IMG/VR virus record: IMGVR_UViG_3300025896_000025
Strand: one strand, 5' to 3'
Source of the DNA: an uncultured virus (IMG/VR IMGVR_UViG_3300025896_000025)
Taxonomy: Duplodnaviria > Heunggongvirae > Uroviricota > Caudoviricetes
Length of the DNA stretch: 64,000 nucleotides
The translations under genes and the position numbers were made by a program. Under the pieces are notes generated by a model. The model saw only the letters and a program-made list of their open reading frames with translations, was not told where the DNA came from and searched no databases. Numbering within the stretch: the first letter of the stretch is position 1; every line of letters starts with the position of its first letter. This document shows, in pieces, positions 49,401-58,764 of this stretch.

Positions 49401-49521
49401 GATGATCCTGGAAGAAGTCAAAGTATCGTGTAACAGTCTCATTCCAAGTTTCACGACGGCCAAGATCCGGTCTCCATCGAGCATAACGGCTCTGATGGAT
49501 CATGTTTTGAAACAGGTCCAT
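46465..49521 (-). CDS. nrdJ: Class II (adenosylcobalamin) ribonucleotide reductase, intein-containing
   Basis: LPSMRAL, YNC, GTGVGFSV, FGGRASGP, VVGGVRR/SAL, NPCLE, FCNL, CVKPEGT, C-terminal CTSGGCEI. Confidence 0.92.
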   Translation of the reverse strand: MDLFQNMIHQSRYARWRPDLGRRETWNETVTRYFDFFQDHLEEKCKYTLSPSLRSELQEGVENFHFLPSMRALMTAGPALARCNVAGYNCAYVPIDHPRAFDEAMYILMCGTGVGFSVERQCVAQLPSVAESFEKSSTTIVVDDSKEGWSKAYRELIAMLYAGQIPAWDMSKVRPAGAPLKTFGGRASGPAPLDDLFRFTVKKFRDAHGRRLSSLECHDLMCKIGEIVVVGGVRRCLPSDAPVALTTGTKPISQVEPGDVVVTGGKTARVVASGPSGKKAILKIKHRFGELACTPEHRVAVFNAVDSYAFKAAADLKVGDRLVWDGAGYEGQHTELPAFDEVLHFNSKIFNIPELTPRVAWLFGLIHGNGYIGDQTIEIAHHIDHLETLEEANIIFEDCFGLSGAYGSDGREGNGARLRVFSAPFARWLKTHLKVPNEPIRVPEFIMNALQPIRSAYLAGLFDSDGRSRKDKVIEQVTTIYPEYEDDLVVLLASLGIGCSRHFTCNDRRRAAGEKAKDAHGLFIVGRLNRKKWLDLVSPHIRTGKLVDIDAFGSPIDFTFPVAFIGGRSGYRAMNNITASALEMNPNGYLPTPVVSVEPWGEVETWDIEVEELHQFTTCGIVVHNSALLSLSNLSDDRMRYAKSGQWWESEPQRSLANNSVAYTEKPEIGLFMKEWLSLYESKSGERGIFNREAARKQILRTDRRDPDHEWGSNPCLEILLRPNQFCNLSTTVCRMEDDFVSLSWKTEMATLLGTFQSTLTNFKYLRKVWQRNTEEERLLGVSLTGIMGSTIRDFSGEALSDLRSGVVARNKRMASELGIPQSTATTCVKPEGTTSQLVYSPSGMHADFASYYVRTVRQDNKDPMTEFMKDQSFPNEPCVTKPNDTTIFSFPRKASAGSTTRDDMTAIQQLEMWLKFKTHWCEHTPSVTITVREHEWLEVGAWVYARFDDVTGVSFLPHTDHIYRQAPYQECTKEEYEALLERMPKEIDFRWMSVYEGGEDKTVGSQTLACTSGGCEI
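47647..48816 (-). mobile_element. Intein (390 aa) with LAGLIDADG endonuclease
   Basis: VRR|CLPSDAPV...CTPEHR...FGLIHGNG...LAGLFDSDG...IVVHN|S. Confidence 0.93.
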
Positions 49522-49618
49522 ATATAACCTCGAATGTGTATCTGGGGTGAAGGTTATATATGGGTGGAGGGAGCGACTTGATCACCCCCTCCTTTTACTT
49601 CATGTGGTTCATTACCGA

Positions 49619-50098
49619 CTAACTAATATCCATCCTCTCCAAAGCCAATGCCTCGCTGAACTTTTCTGGATACCTCTTCTTCAACTTATCGATATTACCC
49701 TCCATGACTTCCTCGAACGTGGTATCCAGAGCCTTCAAGAGGAGAGCCACATACCACAACAGGTCTCCAACCTCTCCCAGCACAGCCTTCCGATCGAGAT
49801 CAATGTACATCATCTCATCGACGAGCTCCTTGGCCTCCGTGAAGACACCAAGGATCCCATGCACCACATCTGGTTCCTTCCAGTAGACCCGAGCGGCGTA
49901 GTAGCCCGTGTCTTCGATCTTATCGAGGTGTGGAGTCTCCTTCCCGTAGAAGAGACCCTTCTTGATCTCGTCGATCAGATCGGCATAGTTGAGCACAGGG
50001 TAGATAGTCTGCTCAGCCTTCCAGTATGGCACTTTGTCCGTGTAGAACGCATCAGACTTCGTACGGAGCGCAGCGGTCATGTATTCAGAGGGGGTCAT
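49619..50098 (-). CDS. MazG-like nucleotide pyrophosphohydrolase
   Basis: TEAKELVD...EVGDLLWYVA...NIDKLKKRYP. Confidence 0.85.
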   Translation of the reverse strand: MTPSEYMTAALRTKSDAFYTDKVPYWKAEQTIYPVLNYADLIDEIKKGLFYGKETPHLDKIEDTGYYAARVYWKEPDVVHGILGVFTEAKELVDEMMYIDLDRKAVLGEVGDLLWYVALLLKALDTTFEEVMEGNIDKLKKRYPEKFSEALALERMDIS

Positions 50099-50945
50099 TC
50101 ATGATCTCCAAGGTGAGGGCCGCCAGTGCGTTCCAAGCTTCGTGCGCACGGTGTTTCAACCCGCTATCACTCGCTCTCTCTTCACCCAACATACGGGCTA
50201 TGATGTGGCGCATCTTGGCGTCGTCGTAGGTTTCGATGGTGCCGTTCTGCCAGTTGTTGAAGGAGATGGCCTGAGCAGCCTGCTCAGGTGTAGCTCCCTC
50301 CTCACGGATAAGCTTCTCGCGGGCAGGGGCTGTGTGCTTTCCAAATCCGAAGGTGGACACCTCGATCACAGCCTGGAGAGCGAGGGCGAACCCCTGGATC
50401 ACTTGAGCGGCCTGAGGCTTTCCTTCGAACTTCTTGGCGTCTCGGATCCAGGTGGCTCCAGGATTGGAGCTCGGCATTTGTGCAACCTTGCGGCCAGCTT
50501 CACTTATAGGAAGCTCGTCAATGAGAGCATCAGCTTCGTAGACAGGAGCTTCCGCTGGTTGTGGAGGTCCCAACGTCTTCTCGCAACAACCTTGAGATAG
50601 ACAATCAGAGGTCCAGCAATCGGCACAGGATTCAAAGGCTGGTGGCTCCGGGGTTGATGGTATGATTGGACCAGGACCTATGATCATATCGCTAAGAGAG
50701 GGGACTTCACGGCATGTGTTTGGGTTAGAGTCAGCGACAGAAGTCGCTGCTGAAGCCGAGCCTCGTTTTAGATGCGAGGAGTAAAGACATTTACCCGCTT
50801 CTTTACAAGAGTAATCCGAACGATCGCATTCTCCAACGGCTTGTCCTTGGTAATTCACCCGACAATAGCAGTAACCACCGATAGCCACAACCACGGCTCT
50901 GGTCCGCTCCTCTTCATCAGCCGCCCAACTACGAGAGTCACTCAT
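50085..50945 (-). CDS. dATP/dGTP diphosphohydrolase (DUF5664-like) with a Cys-rich N-terminal extension
   Basis: GKP...V.TFG..K...NNW...AKMRH...SGLKHRAHEAWN. Confidence 0.75.
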   Translation of the reverse strand: MSDSRSWAADEEERTRAVVVAIGGYCYCRVNYQGQAVGECDRSDYSCKEAGKCLYSSHLKRGSASAATSVADSNPNTCREVPSLSDMIIGPGPIIPSTPEPPAFESCADCWTSDCLSQGCCEKTLGPPQPAEAPVYEADALIDELPISEAGRKVAQMPSSNPGATWIRDAKKFEGKPQAAQVIQGFALALQAVIEVSTFGFGKHTAPAREKLIREEGATPEQAAQAISFNNWQNGTIETYDDAKMRHIIARMLGEERASDSGLKHRAHEAWNALAALTLEIMNDPL

Positions 50946-51520
50946 GCCAAAGCTCCCATAAAGCTATCAACGCTCATGAAGGCACTGGCATCCGTAGGAC
51001 CACCTCCTGAGTCGTCCTCACCATCGTAGAGCTCGTAGAACCGGTCCAGGAACTCGTCGCGGGCGTCGCGCCAGTCCATCTCACGGATCTTGCCGATCCG
51101 AAGAGGCTTAAGACCTTTAGATGGAGGGAAGGCACAGAGCTGATTGATCTCGTCCACACAGATGCGTCGATCGTATTCCTTGACCGCTTCGAGATCTGAG
51201 AAGGTGAGACCGAACTTCAGAACGAAGACACCGGTAACGATATCCTCGATTTCCTGATATCCCTCCAAGCGGCTCTTGATTGGATACGCAATATCCTGGA
51301 TTAGGTACTCAGGACCATCGTGGAGGAGAGCGGCGAATGCTAGGTGTCGAGGGACATTCCTCGATAGCAGAGTGGAGTGTTGTGCCACTGACAGCGGAAA
51401 CTTGGTGTGTCCCGTGTATCGGTTCTGCTGGGCAAGCGAGTGGGCAACTTCCTCGATATCGATGTCTGCTGGAGACAACTTGAAGGGATCGAGTAGCTTC
51501 CCTGAGAGGGTACCAATCAT
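50942..51520 (-). CDS. HD-domain phosphohydrolase (YfbR-like)
   Basis: AHSLA..NRYTGH...SVAQHS...ALLHD..EY..DI. Confidence 0.85.
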   Translation of the reverse strand: MIGTLSGKLLDPFKLSPADIDIEEVAHSLAQQNRYTGHTKFPLSVAQHSTLLSRNVPRHLAFAALLHDGPEYLIQDIAYPIKSRLEGYQEIEDIVTGVFVLKFGLTFSDLEAVKEYDRRICVDEINQLCAFPPSKGLKPLRIGKIREMDWRDARDEFLDRFYELYDGEDDSGGGPTDASAFMSVDSFMGALA

Positions 51521-51609
51521 GGTAGGTAGATCTCCTTGGTCTGTGGTCTCGTATAGGTGGGTCTACAGACCAAGGAGGGAAGGTTTTATTAATAGTTAAG
51601 GAACTAGAT

Positions 51610-51683
51610 TGGTTGCCAGACTAGGGTTCGAACCTAGATTGTGAGGGCCAAAACCTCATGTCCTACCGTTAGACGATCTGGCA
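51610..51683 (-). tRNA. tRNA-Gln(TTG)
   Basis: TGAGG-TTTTGGC-CCTCA arm; TGCCAGA/TCTGGCA acceptor; CCA. Confidence 0.9.
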
Positions 51684-51684
51684 T

Positions 51685-51759
51685 TGGAGAGATGGGGCGG
51701 GATCGAACCGCCGATCTTCAGATTTGCAGTCTGACGCATTACCTCTCTGCTACCGTCTC
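51685..51759 (-). tRNA. tRNA-Cys(GCA)
   Basis: TCAGA-CTGCAAA-TCTGA arm; U discriminator; CCA. Confidence 0.9.
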
Positions 51760-51902
51760 GACTAGTTTCTTCAGTGCTTGAATATGAAGGGAGAGCATGA
51801 TCCGCGACACAGTGGCGGAATTTACATTTCCGGCAGCAGAGTGATGCAAGCTTGTTTCATCTGCCAAAATTACCAACGCAATAGCCTTACGAAGTTCTGG
51901 TG

Positions 51903-52721
51903 TCATAGTTGTAGTACCTTTCTCCACTGTTGCCACCCCCTAAAGTTACCATGGAGGTGAGGGTTCTCCCACCCATTCTTCGTAGCAACGTCAGGAGTCG
52001 CTATGTGCTCTACCGGAGAGGCGTGGGCGGGCTCGCTGGTGATCAAGCGATCATAGAGAGCTAGGTCTGCATCAAGGTTCGGTGTCTTGCCCTCGTGAGT
52101 GAGATAACTCACACGCGCACACCGAGCAGCACTAGCCTTCTTCAGCTCGTGCAGAGGTGCGTCGTCCTGCTCCGTAATGTAGGGTAGGTGCCACTCACCG
52201 TGGTGGAGAAACTGCGGATCCGTCTGGACCATAGCACCCCACATATGTTGTGCCAGGAGTTGGATCTCAGGCTGAGCGTCCTTGTGGAGGCGAAGGTCGA
52301 AGAAGTTGCTAAACTCGGTGGCTGTAACTACGGTGGAGATATGCGCAAATGGTTCGAGAATGCGGTTCACGATCTGCTTGTGTGCTCCCCTAATACGCAG
52401 AGCATGGGCATGTCGTACTGCATCATCACACGCATTTTGCCACGCGGATTTGGCAAGAGCTAGATCCAGGCCCTCTAGTTCCTCCTCAGCCTGCATACCC
52501 TTCTGGTTCTTTCCCCAGTGGATCGGCATCGCTGGGTCATCGATCACATCCTGGATCAGACGCTCAACAGGGATGGCCCTGGAGCTTGACGAGTTCCTAG
52601 AGAACACACGGTGGGTCAGGAACTCCGCATGGATGAAGCGCGGATACCGAAGCTGAAGTGTAGTCAACCGGAGTCCATCAGGCGAGATGCTATCCAGGAT
52701 TACCTTGGCTGAGATGGTCAT
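51903..52721 (-). CDS. thyX: FAD-dependent thymidylate synthase
   Basis: EFLTHRVFSRNSSSSR, FFDLR...AQPEI, ARCARVSY. Confidence 0.9.
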   Translation of the reverse strand: MTISAKVILDSISPDGLRLTTLQLRYPRFIHAEFLTHRVFSRNSSSSRAIPVERLIQDVIDDPAMPIHWGKNQKGMQAEEELEGLDLALAKSAWQNACDDAVRHAHALRIRGAHKQIVNRILEPFAHISTVVTATEFSNFFDLRLHKDAQPEIQLLAQHMWGAMVQTDPQFLHHGEWHLPYITEQDDAPLHELKKASAARCARVSYLTHEGKTPNLDADLALYDRLITSEPAHASPVEHIATPDVATKNGWENPHLHGNFRGWQQWRKVLQL

Positions 52722-53053
52722 TAGTCTTCCTGTGCTGGGGTATTGAAATAAGGCTTCCTCTTGACCCTGTGGATATGTGGCTGATAATACAGGATCACCC
52801 ACTCGGCAGTGGTCTCGGTGAACATCACACCCCAGCCTTGGTCGTGGCCATAGCGAGCGTTGATGATGACTTGATCCTGATTATTCCACTGCCCCATCAC
52901 GGGCCTACAGGCGATGGCCCACTTACGGAGGCGTTCCTTGCCTACCGTCTTGGGGTCCACGGATCTATTTGCAAGATCATAGAGATCCTGCTTCTCTGTT
53001 CCCGTCAATGGACGGGACAAGTCTAGTCGCTGCTGAAGACGAGAAATCGACAT
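52721..53053 (-). CDS. Hypothetical protein
   Basis: ORF track; TAATG coupling. Confidence 0.6.
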   Translation of the reverse strand: MSISRLQQRLDLSRPLTGTEKQDLYDLANRSVDPKTVGKERLRKWAIACRPVMGQWNNQDQVIINARYGHDQGWGVMFTETTAEWVILYYQPHIHRVKRKPYFNTPAQED

Positions 53054-53126
53054 ACATCAAACCCTTTCTAGGGAATGATGTATGTACTGATAGCTTAATT
53101 ACGAGTATTTGTTACTAGATAAAGAA

Positions 53127-53315
53127 CTAGGAAAACTCGGTCTTCAGTAGTATTTCGATTTCAGCGTCGATATCATCGAGATAGTTCGACTCAATACGCG
53201 GTAATGCGTCTTCGAGCAGATCCTTCATCTTATGAACTAGTATGATCAAATCCCTCGCAAGGGCATAATACTTTGTGTCCTTCTCCAATAGCAGCAAGCC
53301 TTCATAAGCCGTCAT
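53127..53315 (-). CDS. Small hypothetical protein
   Basis: ATGA coupling. Confidence 0.55.
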   Translation of the reverse strand: MTAYEGLLLLEKDTKYYALARDLIILVHKMKDLLEDALPRIESNYLDDIDAEIEILLKTEFS

Positions 53316-54022
53316 AGTGTGATCACCTTCGCTTTATAAGGACCTGGGTTCTCGCCTTTGTATCCCATCGGGTTACACACCACTCGGCATCTTCCGACCG
53401 TGTAATCAAAGGGAGTGTGTGTATGACCGTGAACCCACAGATCGACGTGAGGGAACAAGTAGTCAAGGTTAGAAGCAAAGCAGGCGTTGAGTGGATCGCA
53501 GCCATACTTTGGGTTCACTGAGAGGTGGGAGGGACAGTGGTGGGTCATGACGATTGTTTTACCATCGAATGGCTCCTTGAGCTTGGCCTCAAGCCAACGC
53601 AAGGAAATCTTATGTACCTCCAACTGCCTTTTTGGAGACCACCCTCGGATCATACGGAAGTCGTTCAATCCGTATAATCCCTCAACCATTGCTTTGGCCT
53701 GATCACCGTACAAGTTGAAGTCGGTCCAGAGGGTGCAGGCTAGAAGGCGGATGTCTCCCAGGCCAACGTCCTCACGCTCAGTGTAACCAGGGTAGACGCC
53801 AAGCGAGTGGCGTATATCAATATGCCAGGATCCGTAGAACTCGTGATTACCAGCAATTGTGATAACTGGAATGTCACCGTAGGCGTCCGTTAAGACAGTG
53901 TGGCCGAGTTCGCCCGTGTCTATATCTCCCGCCGCTAGAACGATGTCCACCTCCTCCTCCTCCTCAATCGGGGGAGGTGGTGCACCATGTAGGTCACTGA
54001 TCAGAGCTATCTTCATCTTCAC
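53312..54022 (-). CDS. Calcineurin-like metallophosphoesterase
   Basis: SDLH, AGD, GNHE, THH, HGHTH. Confidence 0.9.
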   Translation of the reverse strand: MKMKIALISDLHGAPPPPIEEEEEVDIVLAAGDIDTGELGHTVLTDAYGDIPVITIAGNHEFYGSWHIDIRHSLGVYPGYTEREDVGLGDIRLLACTLWTDFNLYGDQAKAMVEGLYGLNDFRMIRGWSPKRQLEVHKISLRWLEAKLKEPFDGKTIVMTHHCPSHLSVNPKYGCDPLNACFASNLDYLFPHVDLWVHGHTHTPFDYTVGRCRVVCNPMGYKGENPGPYKAKVITL

Positions 54023-54245
54023 ACTTCCTCATAACGATTGAGCCGCCTACCGTACGGTAGATGGCAACGTAAGGTATGTTGGGGTCCTCTTCAACAGGGC
54101 CGTAGATGACGCAGTTGCGGGGCCGAACCTTGCCCTCGGGGTAGTCCTCCTTGAACTGTGTTAAGAGGTTAGCGATCCTCCAAGGTGGAAGATCACCAAA
54201 TACACTAAGTTGGGGAATTGTGGTGTCAGATAGTTTCATCCTCAT
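53994..54245 (-). CDS. Hypothetical protein
   Basis: ORF track. Confidence 0.55.
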   Translation of the reverse strand: MRMKLSDTTIPQLSVFGDLPPWRIANLLTQFKEDYPEGKVRPRNCVIYGPVEEDPNIPYVAIYRTVGGSIVMRKCEDEDSSDQ

Positions 54246-56215
54246 AGCCTTATGTACGAATCCGCGAGTGGATCCTTGTGTGACACAACGAAGATCTGTG
54301 CAATGCTACCTGTCAGCGACCGGATAGCTTCAGCCGTACTCTCACTCCATTCTGCATCTAGGGCCTCATCGAACTCATCGAGTGCAAGGAAGGGAAAAGC
54401 CCGACAAGTCAGGATCTGACCCAATGCAATCCGCAAAGCGATGTTGGCAATCGCCTTCTCTGCACCGCTCAGTGTGCGGACCGGCTGGTTATCAACGAAC
54501 AAGTCGAAGTCGTCGTTGACCAATACTTCCGTGCGCTTTCCTCCAGTCATCTTCCACAACAGGGAGGAGGCTACCCTGGACAGGGCAGGGACGAGATAGC
54601 TCTTCACCTTTGCGCGCAACTCGTCAAGGGCTGCCTTGACCTTGCGCCAGTTGGCCTCGCTGCTGCGGAGCGCAGTCACCTCAGCGAGCTTGGTATCGTA
54701 GAGGGCCTTAGCCTTGGTGTAGTTAGCGAGGTCCCTCTCATAGGCGCGGGCCAGTTCGAGCTCGACCTTCAACGTGGGAAGGTTCGAGGTGAGGGGTTTC
54801 AGCTCCTCCAGTCGCTGTTCCTTAGTTGCGCGTTCAATGAGATATTGCGCGTAAGCCTCGGTTGCTTGCGCATAGGTCTCTTGCGCGATCTGATAGATGT
54901 GCAGAGCACGAAGATCGGGCGACCTATCGACTGGGATCACGAAGCTGGCAAGCTTGGTGGTGAGCTCAGCGCGCTCCTTCTCAAACCTAGCGTTGTCGAT
55001 GTCCTTGCGGGTGAACGGTGGTGAAGTTAATCTAAACGGACCCTCATCCAGTGCCAGCCATACGGGATCTTGTGAGAGAGTGTTCCAGTTTTCGATTCGA
55101 CGGACATTCTCGTCTATCTGGCTTCGAGTGAGTTCAGACCCTGACTTAGTTGTGGGTAAGGGACCAAGGAGTTCTAGCTCCTTTCGCATTTCGTCAACGT
55201 GACTGCCGCTGAGATCGAAGCCACAGTTTGGGCAGCCTTTGAAGTGAGCTTCAATGTCACGCTTAAGGCTGTCGCGCTTATCAATTTTCAGGTTGGTCTC
55301 GGAGTCCTCGATGTCCTTCTGACTGCACAGTGCTACAGGATTGCGACGTAGAAAGGTATCTCTCTCCTGCCACCTGTCCCACGCATCGAGCTGAGCCTCA
55401 GCGTCCTCTGGGAGAACGACCTTCGGTGCCGGCGGCAACCTCTTCAGACTGGCTTCCACAGCAGCCCGCTCTGCGACCACAGCAGCGCGGGCAGAGACCA
55501 GGGCCTCGAGCTCGTCTAGGCTTTCTGTGAAGGCGGGCCTGACGGGCTCCACAGGGGGGCTACGGGGCACAGAGAGCCAGCCCTGGAGCTGGCTCATCTC
55601 GTGAACGAGGGCTTCAAGGTTGTTTACGTGCTTCTCGATTAGATGACTAATACGGTAGCCCTCTGGCCTACTCGGCTCTACCGGCTTGACCAGGACACCC
55701 TCAAGAGCCTCGGCGCGCGTACCCTCGTCCTTGGCCTGATCGTTCGCCCACTTACCGAGCTCGACAAGAAAGGTCATGCCCGACACATTATCGACCATCT
55801 GCTTCCGCTCTGACGGAAGCATGGAGGAGAGGGCCGCGATGTTGCCCTGGTTGACGGAGCACGCCACATCGAAGACATCTAGGGGGAAGCCTAGGATCTC
55901 AACGATCTTCGCGTTGACGGCCTTGGTCCCGACTGCGATCTCGATTCCATCACGATAGAGGACAGCTCTGGTCCCGTTACGAAGAACGAAGAGAGTGTCC
56001 CAGTAGAGTTCCACCTTCAGGTTGGAGTAGTCGGAAGCCTGTCCACGGAGAGCCTTTGATCCATAGAGTGCATAACGTATCATCTCCACAATCAGAGTCT
56101 TGCCCCTGCCGTTGGCACCGACTATGGCAGTCATACCAAGATCAAAGGTCAATTCGTTTGAAAGGGTCTTCCCCGTGGAGGGGAAGGTGACTTCATACTT
56201 TAGGGATCTGATCAC
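54242..56215 (-). CDS. Rad50/SbcC/gp46-like ATPase
   Basis: GANGRGKT, CPNCG hook, LSGAEK signature, LALDE, VSH. Confidence 0.9.
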   Translation of the reverse strand: MIRSLKYEVTFPSTGKTLSNELTFDLGMTAIVGANGRGKTLIVEMIRYALYGSKALRGQASDYSNLKVELYWDTLFVLRNGTRAVLYRDGIEIAVGTKAVNAKIVEILGFPLDVFDVACSVNQGNIAALSSMLPSERKQMVDNVSGMTFLVELGKWANDQAKDEGTRAEALEGVLVKPVEPSRPEGYRISHLIEKHVNNLEALVHEMSQLQGWLSVPRSPPVEPVRPAFTESLDELEALVSARAAVVAERAAVEASLKRLPPAPKVVLPEDAEAQLDAWDRWQERDTFLRRNPVALCSQKDIEDSETNLKIDKRDSLKRDIEAHFKGCPNCGFDLSGSHVDEMRKELELLGPLPTTKSGSELTRSQIDENVRRIENWNTLSQDPVWLALDEGPFRLTSPPFTRKDIDNARFEKERAELTTKLASFVIPVDRSPDLRALHIYQIAQETYAQATEAYAQYLIERATKEQRLEELKPLTSNLPTLKVELELARAYERDLANYTKAKALYDTKLAEVTALRSSEANWRKVKAALDELRAKVKSYLVPALSRVASSLLWKMTGGKRTEVLVNDDFDLFVDNQPVRTLSGAEKAIANIALRIALGQILTCRAFPFLALDEFDEALDAEWSESTAEAIRSLTGSIAQIFVVSHKDPLADSYIRL

Positions 56216-56216
56216 G

Positions 56217-56736
56217 CTAAAACATATCCTTCCTTTTCCAATGTGTCGTCAACCGCTTCCGTATCTGTTCCAGCGTTACCGGAGCGAAATCGAAGTTATC
56301 AACCCCAACATCCACACACTGACTATCTCCTGCAAGCGTGCCGTGGGAGTGTCCGTAGAAGTGCAGCGCCCCACGATGAGAACAGTTCCATACCTCAAAC
56401 TTGTAGTGACAGAGAACGATAAGTTGTCCGTTCAGCTCTAGCTCGTGATAGTGACCCAGAAGCTCGACGTTGCGCTCGACCTGGGATCGGCTGTCGTGGT
56501 TACCCCAAAGGAACTTGATGTTTCCATTCAGACGATCGGTATACCGGTGTGCTGTCTTAAACGAGAAGTCACCTAAGTGATAGACTGTATCATCAGGCTT
56601 AACCCGCCTTAACCCGCTCATTCCAATTGTTGATCATTGTTCTATCCATCTCCTCCGCAGAGGAGAATGGACGGTTACAATACTTGATGATGTTAGCGTG
56701 ACCGAAGTGGGTATCTGCGGTGAACCAGATGGTCAT
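56217..56736 (-). CDS. Metallophosphoesterase, interrupted by a 10-nt tandem duplication
   Basis: [13 protein letters not shown]...[18 protein letters not shown]...GNHD...GHSH; CTTAACCCGC x2 at 56598-56617; 169 aa when repaired. Confidence 0.85.
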
Positions 56737-56928
56737 TACCAACCCCTCCAAATCTCATAAAGGATTAATCCACTGACTACCAGCATAGCCACCACAATCA
56801 CCATTAATAAGAGACCTATGATGATCACAGGAGGTACACCAGCAAAGCACCAGCCGCAGCTCCCGCCACGAAGATGAAGGCTACACCGGCTAGGATCTCC
56901 TCGGTAGAGGGGATATGAATGTCACGCA

Positions 56929-57906
56929 TCACCGACTCCTCAATTCTTGATACTTGTCTCTAACCAACATTCCGATACCCTCGTCGATGTCCACTAGGCT
57001 CTCCTCCAACAACCGGTCCAGATTGAACTCATCCATCTGAACCGAGATGTCTTCCTCCTCAACACCTGCCTTCTTCAAGGTGAGTTGCAGACAATCGATG
57101 TCGAAGTCCAGCTTCTCTCCAGGGCCGAGTTCGATCCGAAGACATTTGTCGTGGTAGCGAGAAGGATCAGCACGTACGGTATCGAGATCGCGGGTCACGT
57201 AGAGTCTTTCATCAGGATCCTCCGAGTGAGAGTAAGGCTGCATCGAGCCGACTACGTTGATGGTGACACCGTCTCTGGTCTCGATGCGTGGGAGGTGGTC
57301 GTGGCCCCCGTAATAGGTAGTGATCCCGAGCTCAGCCATTAGCTTCGTTGGGATCATGTTATGTGGATCACTCAGGGGGTGAATATCAAAATGTGCACAC
57401 AGGGTGTCGATCCCTCGGTTGAGTGAACGAACCATCTCCTCAGCGGTCTTCACGGGATGCCAAGGAACGAACCCAATCCTCAAATCCTTCCGGCTATCGT
57501 TTGTCGTAAAGGTGATAACCTCAGGCTCCTCGATCACTCTGATATTCGGAACCGAAGCGACGATAGCTTTAAACACATCAAACCCGGAGCGCTTCTCCAG
57601 GTCTTTGTGTCGCTCGTGATTACCAGCGATGACGATGAACTGCGTGTATCGTCGATGCTTCGCTGCCCACAAGTATGTCTCTGCGGTCTGAAGGATCAAC
57701 TCAGTTGGGACATAAGGCTTATCAAAAAGATCTCCTAGGTTGATGTGAATATCGAACTCGTCATTCCACATAAAAGACTTACGAAAGGTCTCCATTTGTG
57801 AGGCTTCCCGCTCACCACGACGGTGAAGCGGGACGCCATTCTTGAAGGTCTTTCCAATGTGTGGATCGCCTAGGAGCTTGATGCTCAAGCCGTTGATGTT
57901 GATCAC
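56929..57906 (-). CDS. Mre11/SbcD/gp47-like nuclease
   Basis: GDPH, GDLFD, GNHE, GHDH, VGS; near the Rad50-like gene. Confidence 0.85.
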   Translation of the reverse strand: MININGLSIKLLGDPHIGKTFKNGVPLHRRGEREASQMETFRKSFMWNDEFDIHINLGDLFDKPYVPTELILQTAETYLWAAKHRRYTQFIVIAGNHERHKDLEKRSGFDVFKAIVASVPNIRVIEEPEVITFTTNDSRKDLRIGFVPWHPVKTAEEMVRSLNRGIDTLCAHFDIHPLSDPHNMIPTKLMAELGITTYYGGHDHLPRIETRDGVTINVVGSMQPYSHSEDPDERLYVTRDLDTVRADPSRYHDKCLRIELGPGEKLDFDIDCLQLTLKKAGVEEEDISVQMDEFNLDRLLEESLVDIDEGIGMLVRDKYQELRSR

Positions 57907-58069
57907 GTCACCTTCCGATTTGCGTATTCAATGCACTTAGTAAGTCCCACATCGAATAGGAAGCAACCTAGGGTCATCGCAAGGGCATATGTCCATGTAA
58001 GTTCGACTGGGATCAGGATCAGACAGGCTAGTGCCGTACAGTAGCCGGCCCAAAAGTGTATTTTCAGAT

Positions 58070-58567
58070 TCACGTAGACCTCTCCAAAACCATTGGCTTA
58101 TCTTCAACCGGAGGTTGCTTCTCTGGCATCTGCGGCTGCGGTAGATCGTAAAACCTAGGAACACTCGGATCCAAGCTCATCTCGAAGGGTAGCTTTACCA
58201 TTGCTCCCTTCTTGCCGGATTGTGCCGACTTGGCTTCAGCCTTCTGTAACTGCTCTGCTGCCTGTTCATTCCAAGGGAGCACGTAAGACATGGGCTCGAC
58301 CTCACCAGGAAGGAGGATGTAAACGAAGATACCGACCCCCTCCCGGATCACAGAGCCTACCACCAAGGCTTCCTCGACACGGGGCTTGGCCCACTCCAAC
58401 CGCACTGGCTTCGGCTTACCCATAAGGGAGGAGACTGCACCGTAGGAGACGGGAATGAAGAGAGCAACGAGGAGAAGGATCGGGATCACACGCTTGGAAA
58501 ACGCACATCCGAAAGCAGCTACGGCGATGAGGAGAGTAAGAGAGATGAGGAAGTAGGGTGTGATCAT
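58070..58567 (-). CDS. Membrane protein (two TM helices plus soluble domain)
   Basis: Hydrophobic N-terminus, MGKPKP, EPMSYVLPW. Confidence 0.7.
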   Translation of the reverse strand: MITPYFLISLTLLIAVAAFGCAFSKRVIPILLLVALFIPVSYGAVSSLMGKPKPVRLEWAKPRVEEALVVGSVIREGVGIFVYILLPGEVEPMSYVLPWNEQAAEQLQKAEAKSAQSGKKGAMVKLPFEMSLDPSVPRFYDLPQPQMPEKQPPVEDKPMVLERST

Positions 58568-58569
58568 GA

Positions 58570-58764
58570 CTACAGATCCTTCAATACTGTTTGCTCAATG
58601 GTTTCAGTAACCTTTTCCTTGATGATGAGCCTCACTCGGAACCTCGACGGATGTGGACCACCTACAGTCCCCTCTGAGATCACAATCCGATCCGCAAACA
58701 GATGAAGATTGATAAGTTCCATCGCGCGCTTCAAAGCTTCACGTTCTACGGAACCTAGTGTCAT
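58570..58764 (-). CDS. Small hypothetical protein
   Basis: ATG 58764, MTLGSVERE... Confidence 0.5.
   Translation of the reverse strand: MTLGSVEREALKRAMELINLHLFADRIVISEGTVGGPHPSRFRVRLIIKEKVTETIEQTVLKDL

Noticed and set aside
49619..51520. Calling this a Z-genome phage
   Set aside because: No purZ-like gene in the window; these hydrolase families also occur in phages with unmodified DNA.
51739..51936. 65-aa ORF between thyX and tRNA-Cys
   Set aside because: Overlaps both the thyX end and the tRNA 5' end and has no motif; left uncalled, though a shorter version from the ATG at 51906 is possible.
53951..53965. CTC trinucleotide repeat
   Set aside because: Simply encodes EEEEE in frame.
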